Part shown: positions 25,007-36,779 of the stretch, in pieces
Layout: every line of letters starts with the position of its first letter
Numbering within the stretch: position 1 is the stretch's first letter
DNA from: Eledone cirrhosa
Lineage: Eukaryota
Length of the DNA: 64,000 nt
Reading direction: 5' to 3'
Assembly: GCA_964016885.1 (NCBI GenBank)
Contig: OZ024743.1
Location: forward strand, 327,484,001 to 327,548,000
Made by a program: the position numbers and the translations under genes
Notes under the pieces: generated by a model
Seen by the model: the letters and a program-made list of their open reading frames with translations, nothing else
Database searches by the model: none
What the model was told of the DNA's origin: nothing

Positions 25007-25045
25007 CTGAAGAGGTAAAAAGGAAGAGGAAAGGAAATTACTTAC
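25007..25045 (-). promoter_or_regulatory. Candidate 39-nt GT-AG micro-intron spanning the ORF1 stop codon
   Basis: Minus strand reads AAGAG|GTAAGTAATTTCCTTTCCTCTTCCTTTTTACCTCTTCAG|CACCAACATG: consensus donor, pyrimidine tract, CAG acceptor; length divisible by 3. Confidence 0.45.
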
Positions 25046-26817
25046 CTCTTCGTCTCCTGGGGACCAGGCTGCACAATTTCCATGGGGGTGTTGGAAGGGT
25101 TGTTTGATGGGGTGGTGGTTTGTGGTGGGGTGAGGACATCAGTGTGTGGTGGGATTAGGGTGTTTGGTGGGGTGTGGGTGTCTGGTGTGGGGGTGGGGAA
25201 ATTTCTCAATAGGACGCTGTTATGTGGTTTGGTGCAATTGGTCCCCACATGCATTGGATGGTTCTTTTTCAAAGTTACCTAGGTTTCCGTTGGGACCCTA
25301 ATCATCATTAGGTGCAGTTTGTTCGCTGCGTAGGTGAAAGTGATCCCTTCGGTTTCCACCGAAGGGTTATTTTCTATCGCTTTCATCAACGTTTTATTGT
25401 TCTTGTTAATGTATGTATAGAGTTTTTGTTGTGTTGTGTTTGTTTTTGTTTGTTGTCCTTGTGCGTGTTTGCGTTTTGTAGTACGTGTTATGTTTTGGGG
25501 AGGGGTGGGTTTTTTATTTGTGATGTTTGTTCTGTTTGTGCTGGTGGTTGTGTGTTTGTGGCATTTTTGTTAATGTGGTGCCTTTTTTTTTCCTTTTCAC
25601 CTGTTGAAAGGGTTCTCCCTCGTCGTCACTGGGTGACGTTGATACGGAGTCCTCTTCCGTGTTGTTGGGGAGGGGTATATTTTGGGGTTTTGTTGTGGTT
25701 GCTTTTGTATTTGTTTTAGGTGGGGAGGGGTTGGGTGGAACAGTGTTTTGTGTTGTTATTTTTCTGTGTTGTTGTGGTTGTTGTTGTTGTTGTGGTGGTG
25801 GTGGTGGTGGTGGTGGTTGTGTTGTTGTGTATGGGGTTGGCAGAAGAGCCCTTTTTTTTTACTCGTTAATTGAGGACAGGCAGCCCTCAGGTGACCCCTG
25901 CTTAAGCAGTGGTAACATGACGGCCGCCTTCCCTCCACTGAAATGTTTATATAAGCTAGCCTGTCCAGAGGCACGCGTTGTGGGATATTCGCTATTCGTT
26001 CTGGGCTCATTTGCACCAGAATTTCTACGGTGGTCCCGCCAAATACACCTCCGGAGGACTTTCCTATTGAAATTATCTTGTCTTCGTCAAAGTCAATGAT
26101 TCCACATAATATCCACCAAATATTTACTTTTGGTGTGATACTCATTATTTTTATTCTTTGTGTCCTTTTTCCCCTGTATGTGGGGAAAAAGGTGAAGCGG
26201 GAGGACACAATGGGTGATACCGAGTACTTTTGAGCTGTTGACTGGTTGCTCATTAGCACCAAAATGCTACCAAACAGTTTACCTTTTTGTATGAAGGTTA
26301 AGTCCTTCATTGCATCTTTTAGAACCAAATCAATTTCATTTTGTGATAATTGAGCTGGTTTTCTTGTTTCAGGACAGCCTCTCTACGTAATTCCTGTGGA
26401 GAATTGATGCTAAAAGCACCGTTTTCGTCAAAAGTCACAAATTGTTTTGCGTCTTGTAATAGTTGTTTAGCATTTGTTATGTCTATTGGCGTGTATAGTT
26501 CGTTTTTTTTTTACAGTCTGTGCGAATGTTATTTTGGTGTTGTTGTCTTTTTTGTTGTTGTCGCTGTTGGTAATATTGTTCACGTTTTCCTTGGTGTTGC
26601 TATTGTTGCAGTTGTTGGTTGTGGTGTTATTGTCATTGTTCTTGTTGTTGGTGCTGGTATTATTTACCGGGTTTGGTTTCGTGGTTTCGATATTTTTAAC
26701 GTTTTTCGATGATGCGAGGGCGGAAGGCTGCAAGCTTTGTACTCCTACCTTCCCTCCACCACTTTTCTTAGTGGGCGTGGCACTCACGACAGTGTGCGAG
26801 GTGGAAATGGCATCCAT
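25042..26817 (-). pseudogene. Tx1 ORF1 (gag-like nucleic-acid-binding protein), disrupted
   Basis: CYHCLSRGHLRAAC knuckle in ORF 25756-26328; Asn/Thr-rich N-terminus from ATG 26817; Pro/Thr-rich C-terminus ending ETKR-stop at 25042; frameshifts in homopolymer runs. Confidence 0.8.
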
Positions 26818-27005
26818 TGCCACCAAGTCTACAGTTTTGAGATGAAAATTGAAAATTTCGCCCCAGAAAGGGGCGAAAATTTGTTGACTCAACGTCTGAT
26901 GGCCCAGGCAAGGGGTTAAATTAAACAATGTTATTAAATTGAGCAATAAACTCACAGTTTTTTTGACAATAATCTGTAAAAGTCCGGAGCAAAGTTGATT
27001 CACGT

Positions 27006-27595
27006 CTATATCAAGGGGTAATTGATAGAGAGAGTGGGATTGGGAGAGTATGTTGTATGATTGATGTAGAGAGGGGGAGAGTTTGGTGGTAATAAATAGA
27101 GAGAGAGAGGATTGATAGAGATAGATATGGATAGATACAGAGAGGGGGATAGTTTGGTGGTAATTGATATATGGAGGGGAATTGGGAGATTGTGTTGTAT
27201 ATAGATATAAAGAAGGAGAGAGATTGATTTTTATTGATATAGAGAGGAGGAAAGTTTGGTTTTAATTGATATAGAGGGGGGATTGGAAGAGAGTACTGTG
27301 TAGTAGATACAGAGTGGGGGAGAATTTGGTGGTTGTAGATATACAGAGAGGGATAATGGGAGAGTGCCGTATAGTAGATATAGAGAGGGTGAGAGTTTAG
27401 GGGTGATTGGGAGAGATAAATGTAGATATTTATAGAGAAAGAGAGAGTGTATTAGTCTTAAATATAGAGAATGGGATAAGAGAGGCGGTGTCGTGGTAGA
27501 TATAGAGAGGTGTAGAGTTTGGTTTTATAGAGGGTAAAGAGGAGGATTAAAAGAGAGTGTTGTGTGATAGACATAGAGAGGAGGACAGTTTGGTG
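27006..27595. repeat. GA-rich degenerate minisatellite, right flank of Tx1 element
   Basis: Repeated GATATAGAGAGGGGGAGAGTTTGGTGGTAAT-like units. Confidence 0.75.
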
Positions 27596-27597
27596 AC

Positions 27598-27827
27598 ACT
27601 CTCAGGTCCCAAATAATAGGAGGGGTGGCAATAATTAGTGGGGCTTGGGAAATCAGTAATCCTCCAGCTGCTGTATCAATATGAATCACTTACAATAACA
27701 TTTTGCCGAAGATAGATTAACAAAATTTAATAAGCGGGTGGGAGTGGGTGGGTGGTGGATAAAAACGGGAGGGGGGGGGTAGTTGGCAAATTAATAAGCG
27801 GGGGATGATTATTCAAGAACTGAGAGT
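27598..27827. mobile_element. MITE (probably Tc1/mariner-derived), copy 1
   Basis: Imperfect TIRs ACTCTCAGGTCCCAAATAAT / ATTATTCAAGAACTGAGAGT; homolog at 48669-49004. Confidence 0.7.
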
Positions 27828-27918
27828 ACGTGATTTATTGACGAACGTAAGACTGAAAACTCAATACCGAAGTAGAGTTTAAATATTTATTTATTATGGC
27901 TAAATATTTATTTATTAT

Positions 27919-27989
27919 GGATCAGCAGTGTTGTCTGGTGAGTATGCTGGTGTTTCACCTGCATACTCACCAGACAAGACTGGTGATCC
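27919..27989. repeat. 71-nt hairpin (34-bp arms, 3-nt loop)
   Basis: GGATCAGCAGTGTTGTCTGGTGAGTATGCTGGTG-TTT-CACCTGCATACTCACCAGACAAGACTGGTGATCC, 31 of 34 positions paired. Confidence 0.9.
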
Positions 27990-28175
27990 TGTAAGTGCGC
28001 TGATGAAACTTTAGAGTAACAAAGCTCACCAATAGCCACAATAAATGAATGTATATATATAGGTGATGAATACATTGGGTATAATACCAGTTTCTTACCA
28101 AATGCAAAGAAACTCGATATATTAACCCCTTAGGAAAGGGCACAGAGCATAATTAAAAAAAAATTATATATACAT

Positions 28176-28422
28176 AGAGTGACGGTGGAATTGGTGGGGG
28201 GGGGGACATGTCCCTTTCCAATAATTATATTTTCTCCCCAAACTACTAAAATACACATCTATTTGGATATACGCTACAATTTATGTACATGTTATGTTTA
28301 TTGCATATCAAAGTTTTCTGACCATTTTAGAGTGCAAAGAGCTAAACTAATCACTACAACTAAATTGTCCAAATTTGCCCCCCCCCCCCCCCCCCCCTTC
28401 AGAAATGCTTCCACCGCCCCTG
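28176..28422. mobile_element. MITE with CAGGGGCGG/CCGCCCCTG-type termini (hAT-like)
   Basis: 3' end TTCCACCGCCCCTG; decayed 5' end GTGACGGTGGAA; subterminal poly-G and poly-C; ~75 bp of the interior is repeated at 21092-21169. Confidence 0.6.
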
Positions 28423-28523
28423 TTATATATATCTAAACTATAATAAAGTAAGAAGCGCGGGATTGCATACAGTTTATAATTTTTTATTCCCTTAGTAAAA
28501 TAAGTTGGATTACTTTGAATAAA

Positions 28524-28645
28524 TAATTGTTTCTACTTTTGGCACAAGGCCAGCAATTACCAGTGCATTACTGGTACTTTATTTTATCGACCCCGTAAGG
28601 ATGAAAGGCAAAGTTAACCTTGGCGGGATTTGAACTCAGAATGGC
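28524..28645 (-). mobile_element. tRNA-derived SINE (main family), partial
   Basis: Reverse complement of B box GTTCAAATCC, core GCCTTTCATCCTTACGGGGTCGATAAAATAAAGTACC and tail. Confidence 0.85.
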
Positions 28646-28821
28646 AATATTACATAATTTATCTACTAAATTTCGTGGGTGTTCATTAAATATATTTTAT
28701 TATTTATTTAAAGATTCACTTCTTTAAAATTTTCAAATGTCAACACTTCCGGTGGCGATCTTTTAAATAAATACTCATATATTTCCGTCACTAATTTTCT
28801 CCTAATGCATTTTATATATAA

Positions 28822-30390
28822 CTAGCAGAATGGCCCGGCGTTACTCGGGATTTGCTCTAGGGTTCTTATATATTTGATATATATTTATCCTTATTGAGCC
28901 TCGTGAAATAAATACGTTTATTTATATTTTGTTATTGTGTATGCAAAAATATCTGTACACGAATATATAATTATATATATATCTATATATCTTTTGTTTC
29001 CTTCAGCAAGACACTTTATTTCACATTGCTCCAGTTTACTCAGCTGTAGAAATGAGATGATAGAGACTGGGGTCCCTATCATTCCACTGCAAAGTGGTTG
29101 TGGAGGTGCCACGGCAAAAAAGCACCCAGCACTCACTGTAAATGAGGTTGGTGTTAGGAAGGGCATCCAGCTGTAGAAATCAAGCCAGAATCAGTTCTCG
29201 TCCCACCCTTGCAAGCAGGAAAAAGCGGACGTAAAATGAAATGAATGAAATTATGATCTAAAACAGAGAATGTCTGTCTGTCAGCTCACTAAAACTTGAG
29301 AACCACCCAACCGATTGTTTTCAAACTTTACACATGTAATACTTATGCTCCTGTGAGTGTTTTGAGCAAAAAATATTTCAAATTTTCAATGCCCTAGGGA
29401 CCGCATTAGGCGATTTAGCGATCTCTCTCTATAATTCTTAGTCTTTCTTTTTAGATAGATACATAGATATAACGTTGCGCCCTTATAATATCTGTCTGTA
29501 TGCCTGGCTGTCTGCATTACGTCATTATGACGCGATCAGTGTGTGTGTGTGTATATATATGTATCGTAATGCAGACAGCAAGACATATAGCTTTCCCTCC
29601 CCTCTTCCAGCGTCTCTCTCTCTCCCGCTATCCCCCTCTTTTAGTCTGTCTGTTTCTTTCACTCTCACTCTTTTTCTTTATAACTCACTCACATTAATAC
29701 TAAAGGGTTAAGGTATTGTTCTCAAAATAAATAATATTAAATCTATGAGATTTTTATATTATGTGAGATAAAGCCTTTACCATGAAAATAATATAGTATA
29801 TATAGAGTAATGTAAATGCTAAAGGGTTAATTCCATCAGACCATGTGAGAGAGTTTATAATCACTCACGCACACATACACACTCACGCATGCAAACGCAC
29901 ACAAACTCACACACACACGCACGCACACACACACGCAATAGTTATTCCACTGTCATGTATCTTTGACGCATACAACTCTCAAAAGACGGCGTCTGTCACT
30001 CTCTCTCTCTCTCTCTCCCGCTATCCCCCTCTTTTAGTTTGTCTGTTTCTTTCACTCTCACTCTTTCTCTCTGTAACTCGTTCACATTTCTCCCCTCTAT
30101 CGAAAAACGCTGTGACGAATGGGGAGAAGGAGGAGGAGGAGTAGAGAGCCACTTCTTCACTTCGCCTCTCCGTTTCTTTCTCTCCCCTCTCACTCCCTCA
30201 TTATGTACAAACATTGGCCACTTCACTAATTCGATCCCTAGGTCAGAATAATAAAAAAATTTTTTTGCTCAAAACACTCCCGGGGCCATACGGGTTACAT
30301 GTGTAAAGTTTGAAAAAAAACGGTTGGGTACTTCTCGAGTTTTAGGGAAACAGACACACAGACAGACATCCTCTGTTTTATATATATAGA
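28822..30390 (-). mobile_element. Non-autonomous Helitron with nested fragments
   Basis: Minus strand begins A|TCTATATATATAAAAC and ends CCCGAGTAACGCCGGG hairpin, 8 nt, then CTAG|T. Confidence 0.8.
28995..29250 (+). mobile_element. Chimeric SINE fragment: SINE body joined to an RTE-derived 3' tail
   Basis: AGCAAGACACTTTATTTCAC body (also at about 34172-34192) followed by sequence similar to RTE 3' UTR 20790-21050. Confidence 0.65.
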
Positions 30391-30395
30391 TATCG

Positions 30396-31000
30396 TCTTT
30401 TTTTTTAATGTATCATGGATTACATTACTGATTAAATAAGACAGTGTAACACAGTCTTCGTTCAATTTCTGTGTATATTGTCAATTGCGATTTTATTTGA
30501 TGTATCATATCTACATGCATATATAATTGCGTAAAATATCAATATACACAGTACACATGCTAGCAGAAAACCACTCGAAGGGTGGTTTTTCTGCTAGTCT
30601 TTTTTAATGTATCATGGATTACATTACTGATTAAATAAGACAGTGTAACGCAGTCTTCGTTCAATTTCTGTGTATATTGTCAATTACGATTTTATTTGAT
30701 GTATCATATCTACATGCATATATAATTGCGTAAAATATCAATATACACAGTACACATGCTAGCAGAAAACCACTCGAAGGGTGGTTTTTCTGCTAGTCTT
30801 TTTTAATGTATCATGGATTACATTACTGATTAAATAAGACAGTGTAACGCAGTCTTCGTTCAATTTCTATGTATTATATATTGTCAATTACGATTTTATT
30901 TGATGTATCATATCTACATGTTTATATACCTGCGTATAATATCAATATACACACTACACATGCTAGCAGAAAACCACCCGAAGGGTATTTTTTCTGCTAG
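30396..31000 (+). mobile_element. Three head-to-tail ~200-bp mini-Helitron units (30396-30597, 30598-30796, 30797-31000)
   Basis: Each unit starts TC and ends with hairpin CTAGCAGAAAACCAC...GTGGTTTTTCTGCTAG (degenerate in unit 3); junctions read CTAG|TC. Confidence 0.75.
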
Positions 31001-31699
31001 TATATATAATGAACATAGTCAACTGAATGCAATAACGCTGGTGACATCTTGCAGGCAGTGCCAGCGCTACCAGTTGAGCAACTAGAACGCATATCTCATA
31101 GAAGCGCATCATTGAACCTTAAAGAATCCCCCAGTTTTATATATATATTTGTATAATTAAAATAAATATCTAATTTTCCGCGAACTATAAATATATCACT
31201 AAATATCTTTGTTGCGTAGCAGTATTATGTAAATAGTCAAAGCGGTGGAGCGGATCGTATGGTATGTGACCTGTAACATGATTTGGTGTGGGTGGGTATG
31301 GATTTTATAGTAGAAAATACAGGCTTAGTAATTTTTTTGTGTGGTGAAATTATTATATTTAGGAGACTGGGGCGCATAGCTGGGAGAAAGCGCTAAATAC
31401 TCAAACAGACCTATCAACTCACCCCATCAGACGGGGAAATCCCCCACCCACATTGGGGTGGGTGAGAGATGTCTTCTCTTGTAAAAATGGGTATTGCTTT
31501 TATTATGTAAAATCTCCCCGTTTCGGGGCACTTTTTTCCATGGTAATCTCCTTTTGGGTTTTTTTAGGTTGGCAGGTCTGCTCAAGCACTAGTCCTACTT
31601 CCAGGGTTTAGGATTTAGTTTCGGCATTTGAAAAATTTATCATCAAAATATTACTTGTGATGGGTTTAAGTTATTTGGTCGGCTGTGCTACGTCGTTAA

Positions 31700-32930
31700 C
31701 TAGCTTGGACATCTATTTGCAAGGCTCTTAGCATTGACATTACTAGGGAGTCTTAACAAGGTGGTTCCTCTATAATTAAGGCAATCTCTTTTTTGAACTT
31801 CGTTGGCAAACTGATGGAGTATCTCCTTTAGAGATCTAACATCTTTGGTCAGAGTAGATCCTAAGTACTTAAAGGTGTCCACTTTTTCAAGTCGTCTTCC
31901 GTTGAGCATGATGTTGGTTGCTGTATTACTGTTAACCAGAATCTTGCTCTTTTCTGAGCTGATCTCCATTCCATATGCTCCTAATACTTTTTCCTGTCTG
32001 GTAGTGAGCTCCTGGAGTTCTGATTCACTGCTTCCTAACAGCAACTCGTAGATTGGAAATGGGCCAGCCTTCAATGGAAACTGGAAGTCTTGGAGTGTCT
32101 CTTGCATTATGTGTTCCAGGAAGATGTTGAAATGCACTGGAAAAAGGAGACATCCTTTTCGAACTCCCACTGTTGCCCGGAAGAATTCTCCAGTATTGTT
32201 ATTCAGGAGATTTGCACTGTTTCAGCTGCCATACAGTGCTTTAATTACTCAAATGAGGGTGATGTCAAAGTTATAATCCTTCACTTTCCACAAACCCTCA
32301 TGACAAACACGGTCAAAGGCCTTTTTAAAGTAAATGAAGTTTTGATAGAGGTTAGATTGGTGCTGCAGATGTTTCTCAGTGAGCAGTCAGATGTTAGATA
32401 TATGCTTTTTTGTACTTCTTTTGAGCCTGAATGCTGCATGTTCTTCTGCCTAGATTTCTTCTGCCTTCCCTTTAAGCCTGTTTAGAAGAACTCTTAGCAA
32501 TACTTTGCTAGGATGGCTAATTTGGTCGATTGTTCTGTAATTCTGGCAGTTTTAAGTTTCCTTTTCGGGGAATGGGTATCATCAGTGATTGGGTCTGCTC
32601 CTTTGACCTCTTCTTGGTCCCCCATATCTTCTGACAAGTAACTGTCAGTGCCTTGATAAGTTTTGGGTCTCCATGTTTTAGAAGCTCTGAATTTAGAATG
32701 TTATCGACTCCAGGAGATTTACCATCTTTGACCATGTGCACCGCCTCTTCAACTACCTCTTGGAGAATTGGAGAATCCTCGATTTCATTGTTCTTATTGG
32801 TGGAATTGTTAAGGATGTTGATGCCATGTCTGAGTTTGTGGTTATAAAGGTCTTCGCAATACTCGGACCATTTTTTGATGACATGGGCCTCGTCTGTGAG
32901 GAGGCAAGCCAGTTTTGTTCTCAATGGCAG
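31700..32930 (-). pseudogene. Decayed RTE-clade LINE RT fragment (family without PHD finger)
   Basis: KWSEYCEDLYN, KSPGVDNI, GVRKGCLL, YGMEISSEKSKIL, FKYLGS. Confidence 0.88.
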
Positions 32931-34079
32931 TGGTAGTGCGTTGCTTTCTTTTTGTTATTAATAGATTAATACAGATATTTAATGATAAGGCTCGAGAACA
33001 ATTGTTCCTTCATTAAAACTGCAGGCATGACCCACAGGGTTTAATATTTTAACCAAAAGCTGATTTTACAAAAGAAATTGTGTAAGGTGGAACAAGACTG
33101 CTTTTAGCCTGGTAGTCGGTGTGGGGGGGCACAATGGCATCCAGTTGACACGGACTGCTGAAGGCCAGAGACACGTTCCAGTGTTCTTTCAATCTTTGTG
33201 CCGCGCTATAAATTAATTTTTTTATTTCATTTTATTTCATTTTTTACCTAGCTCAGTTTGTAAATCACTTATTCTTTCAGTAAAACTCGAGTTATGATCT
33301 ACAAGTTTAAGTGTTTGAATCAAAAGCAGAGCCTTCAAGAAACATTTTGCAAAATGAAACAAGGCTGTTTCGACATCTGGAGGCGGTGGGGAGATTCATC
33401 TCAAAATTCAAGTATGCATTAACATTTTTTTTTTTTTAACAGTGGAGCATCATATACTCCTGGAGCTTCTCCTTAGCTCTCCGAGCCCTGGACAGATACG
33501 CCGTCAGAAGACCCCTCTACCTTCTTATAACGAAAAATAAATGAATACATTCATGTTTGATGATTATATGAGAGAGGGGGGAGTTGTTGTTTTTTTTACA
33601 TATATGGGTTTTAAAAATATAAAAGAAACACAACAGGACAATTGTAGAACATAGTTTTCAATTTTTTTCTTCTTATTTATTTGCTTGTTGTCGGTTATTT
33701 ATATTTCAACTTCGGTGTCCCGATTTTAAAGTGCTTCGTTGAAGTGAAAACATAGTTGCTGACAGGTAATAGGAAGATATATAGAGAGGGGGGACAAACA
33801 GATATAATAGACTAAGATAACAAATATTTTCAGTTAGAGTCTCTAATTTTATTTCAGTAAATCTGTTTTCAATGTTTGTTGAACTAATTTATCTTATGAG
33901 GTCATGATACAGGACACAAAAAAATGATCTTGTAGCCAGTAACAACAAGTTGTTTTCGTCGTAGAGTACATGATCCCATTAATGCATCACATTAAGCTGG
34001 TTTCCGGATATATTTAGATCTACTGAACTGTATTGGTGGTCAATAAGAAAGAGGAAATTTTTAAAAGTGGCTGTTAACT

Positions 34080-34400
34080 TGCGAGACGCGCAGGTTATAT
34101 ATTATGGTGCTTGGCTCATGATCGTAAGGTCGTAAGTTTGGTTACTGAACCGAGTGGCACGTTGTGTTATTGAGCAAGACCCTTTATTTCACGCTGTTAC
34201 AGTCCATTCGGCAGAGAAAGAATTAGTTGCGACGGCACTGGTGCTAACCTGTATCATCGTTTGTCTTTTCCTTGGACAACATCCGTGACAAGGAGAAGGG
34301 TGACTTACATGCTTGGGCGACTGCGGGTCTTCCACAAAACAACTCTGTCCTAATTCAGTCACGAGTGCAAAACTCATGATCAGTTATGACCGAAGGGAGC
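34080..34400 (+). mobile_element. Degenerate SINE with tRNA-like head
   Basis: Decayed A/B-box-like head followed by TTGAGCAAGACCCTTTATTTCAC body. Confidence 0.5.
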
Positions 34401-34424
34401 GGTTTACAGTTTCCTTTGTTGTTA

Positions 34425-35159
34425 TATAGCAATTATTTGTTGGTCGTGTTGGTGAGTGGATTGTGTTGTGGTGTTGATTCGTTTGTTGCGTGCGGCCCAC
34501 TTGTAGCTTACTGTGTCGTGTGGTCACTCTTGTGTGATACAGTGTGACAAAAGGTTGCACGTATACAGCTAAGTGAGTAAGTGTTCAATAAGATGATGAT
34601 AATATGATAGTTCCTTGATCACGCAGAAAATAAATATATATAAATATATATAAATGATTCACAATGACACCAAATCGCTATATTATTAATTTATTGAAAA
34701 TAACTCACTCTGGAGCTATACTAAAAATACACAAGAATTATGGACATTATTTGTTTGTTTGTAAAAGTAGAATTAAATTGTATTTACCAAAATAATTTCA
34801 TGAACTTCACTGTCTTGGCTTAAGAGAGGAGCCAAGAGATAGAGATTGAGTGAAAGAGGGAGAAAGTAAGAGTATGTACGACCCGGAGAGAGAGAGTAAT
34901 AGTCTGTAGACCCCTAGGGTCAGTAGAAAGCAAATGTTTTACATCGTCGCTCTATCAGGAACTGCTTCGAACTGCCTTTAGCATGGTCTAAGACAGGCTA
35001 TTTATATCTGTCGCTTCCTCTGTCCCCTGCCTTGAGAACCACCGGAGTGACCTCGAAAGATCGCCGACGCACAGACTTGTTTACGCCAAAAAGAAGGTAA
35101 CCCAGAATTTGCCCGTTAAATGTCACCCAAGGGTCAAGGTGTGGACAGATTTCGCTACA
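34425..35159 (-). mobile_element. Solo LTR (Gypsy-like), copy 1, TSD GTTA
   Basis: GTTA|TATAGCAA...TCGCTACA|GTTA; TATAAATA and AATAAA on the minus strand; homologous to 50532-51240. Confidence 0.85.
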
Positions 35160-35179
35160 GTTACAGCTGTGCTCATCAC

Positions 35180-35272
35180 ATTTCAGATGTTGGTGAGGTT
35201 AGAAAGTTTTGGAAAATTGTATATATTTCAGATGTTGGTGAGGTTAGAAGTTTTGGAAAATTGTATATATTT
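35180..35272. repeat. Tandem duplication of about 46 bp
   Basis: ATTTCAGATGTTGGTGAGGTTAGAA(A)GTTTTGGAAAATTGTATAT twice. Confidence 0.9.
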
Positions 35273-35729
35273 GCACATGAGGAGCTAGCTCGAGAACGTA
35301 GTTAGAAGATGATGAATGAAGCATATGAGTGTACTTAGTGATCATGTATACATGATGATGATGCAAGGAAGGGGTCAAGAAGGAGAGTTTAAAAGAAGGG
35401 AGTTTATTGTTTATGAAATGCATGAATAAAGAAATACATTTTTATAAAACTGGGATACTTGAAGGTTCAGTAATGCATCACTATGAGGTGTGCGCCTAAA
35501 GCGGCTGCCTAGTTGTCCTTAATGGTAGCGCCGGTCCTGGATTTGCCGCTTCCAATGTGATTGGATTGAAAAGCAGCAAAGAATGATGAAATACGAAATA
35601 AGAGCGTTTGGGCTTAGAAAGGTGATGCGACTGGTCTTGTTGATGTCCTCGATCGTTTTCGTGAAACACTGTGGCCAATTATTAGTCATTGATTCTAGCA
35701 GGCACACATTTAATCTCATTGTGGGATTG

Positions 35730-35915
35730 CCCTTGGCAGTGGAGACTTCTGGTGTCCTTGGCCCTAGGGCTACCTCCCTACTCACCGCCATAGGCGCTGA
35801 GCTGGCCAGTCACAGGTGTGAGCCTCGCAAGTTGGAATGGCTCTTCCAGCGCATCTCCCTTACCATCCTCCGGAGAAACGCCTTCTCCATTCTGTCCGCC
35901 GAGGCTGTGGGGAGG
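35730..35915 (+). mobile_element. CRE-like 3' fragment
   Basis: PLAVETSGVLGPRATSLL...WLFQRISLTILRRNAFSILS, very similar to 12151-12313. Confidence 0.85.
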
Positions 35916-36523
35916 CCAGCACGTGGGACCCCATTTGCTCACCATACGGAGGATGGGGAGGGCGATAGAGATGGCGGTGATGACAGTGGGAGTTCGGCTC
36001 TTCCACGTTCGGACCATATCCTTGTGGTTGTGTTCATCAAGCCCTAGTGCAATAATGGGATTGAGTTAATCCTAGTTATATAGAAATGATAATTATACTA
36101 ATCCTTATTTCAGTAAATAACTACATCGTTGTATTAGGATAATGATATTAAACGTGTGCCTGGTAGAATTCAGCGTTCATTAAAGGACCATAGTGTTTTC
36201 CGAGGACGATCGGTGACATCAACGAAACATTTCTTTTCTGGAGCTAATTTTCTCTATACTACCTTTCGCTTCCCCCGTTGAAAGTAGACTCAACCTACTA
36301 ATTGGGTTTTCAATCAATTGCATTATCCGTCTCAGAGTAAACAATGATTGGTGTTGAATCACTCTTCGTCGCTCCCCACTCCATCACACTGTAAAGGTGA
36401 AGGTCGGTGTCACTCATAACACAAAATAAACTAGCTGACCTCCGTGGAAATTACACAGTCTAATTACAAACAAACAATAAGTCAAGATCTCAATATGGCA
36501 TTTAACAGGTTTTATTTTATAAG

Positions 36524-36559
<36 letters not shown>

Positions 36560-36562
36560 TTC

Positions 36563-36600
<38 letters not shown>

Positions 36601-36605
<5 letters not shown>

Positions 36606-36718
36606 GTTTCTACTTTAGGCACAAGGCCAGCAATTACCCAGTGCATTACTGGTACTTTATTTTATCGACCCCGTAAGGATGAAAGGCAAAGTCAACCTCG
36701 GCGGGATTTGAACTCAGA
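36601..36718 (-). mobile_element. tRNA-derived SINE (main family), partial
   Basis: Same core and tail as 52283-52476, inverted. Confidence 0.85.
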
Positions 36719-36779
36719 TCGTAATGAGAGAGAGAGAGATACTCACAATTAATATATGCAGTAATTAATTACGTATACT

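Larger units (their letters stand above)
21347..27005 (-). mobile_element. Near full-length Tx1/L1-clade LINE (ORF1 and ORF2)
   Basis: ORF1 with CCHC knuckle; ORF2 with APE, RT and C-terminal Zn finger; AATAAA near the 3' end (about 21361-21366, minus strand). Confidence 0.92.

Noticed and set aside
27999-28060. CTGATGA after the hairpin as a hammerhead core or snoRNA box C
   Set aside because: No GAAA after the putative stem II and no suitable box D or terminal stem
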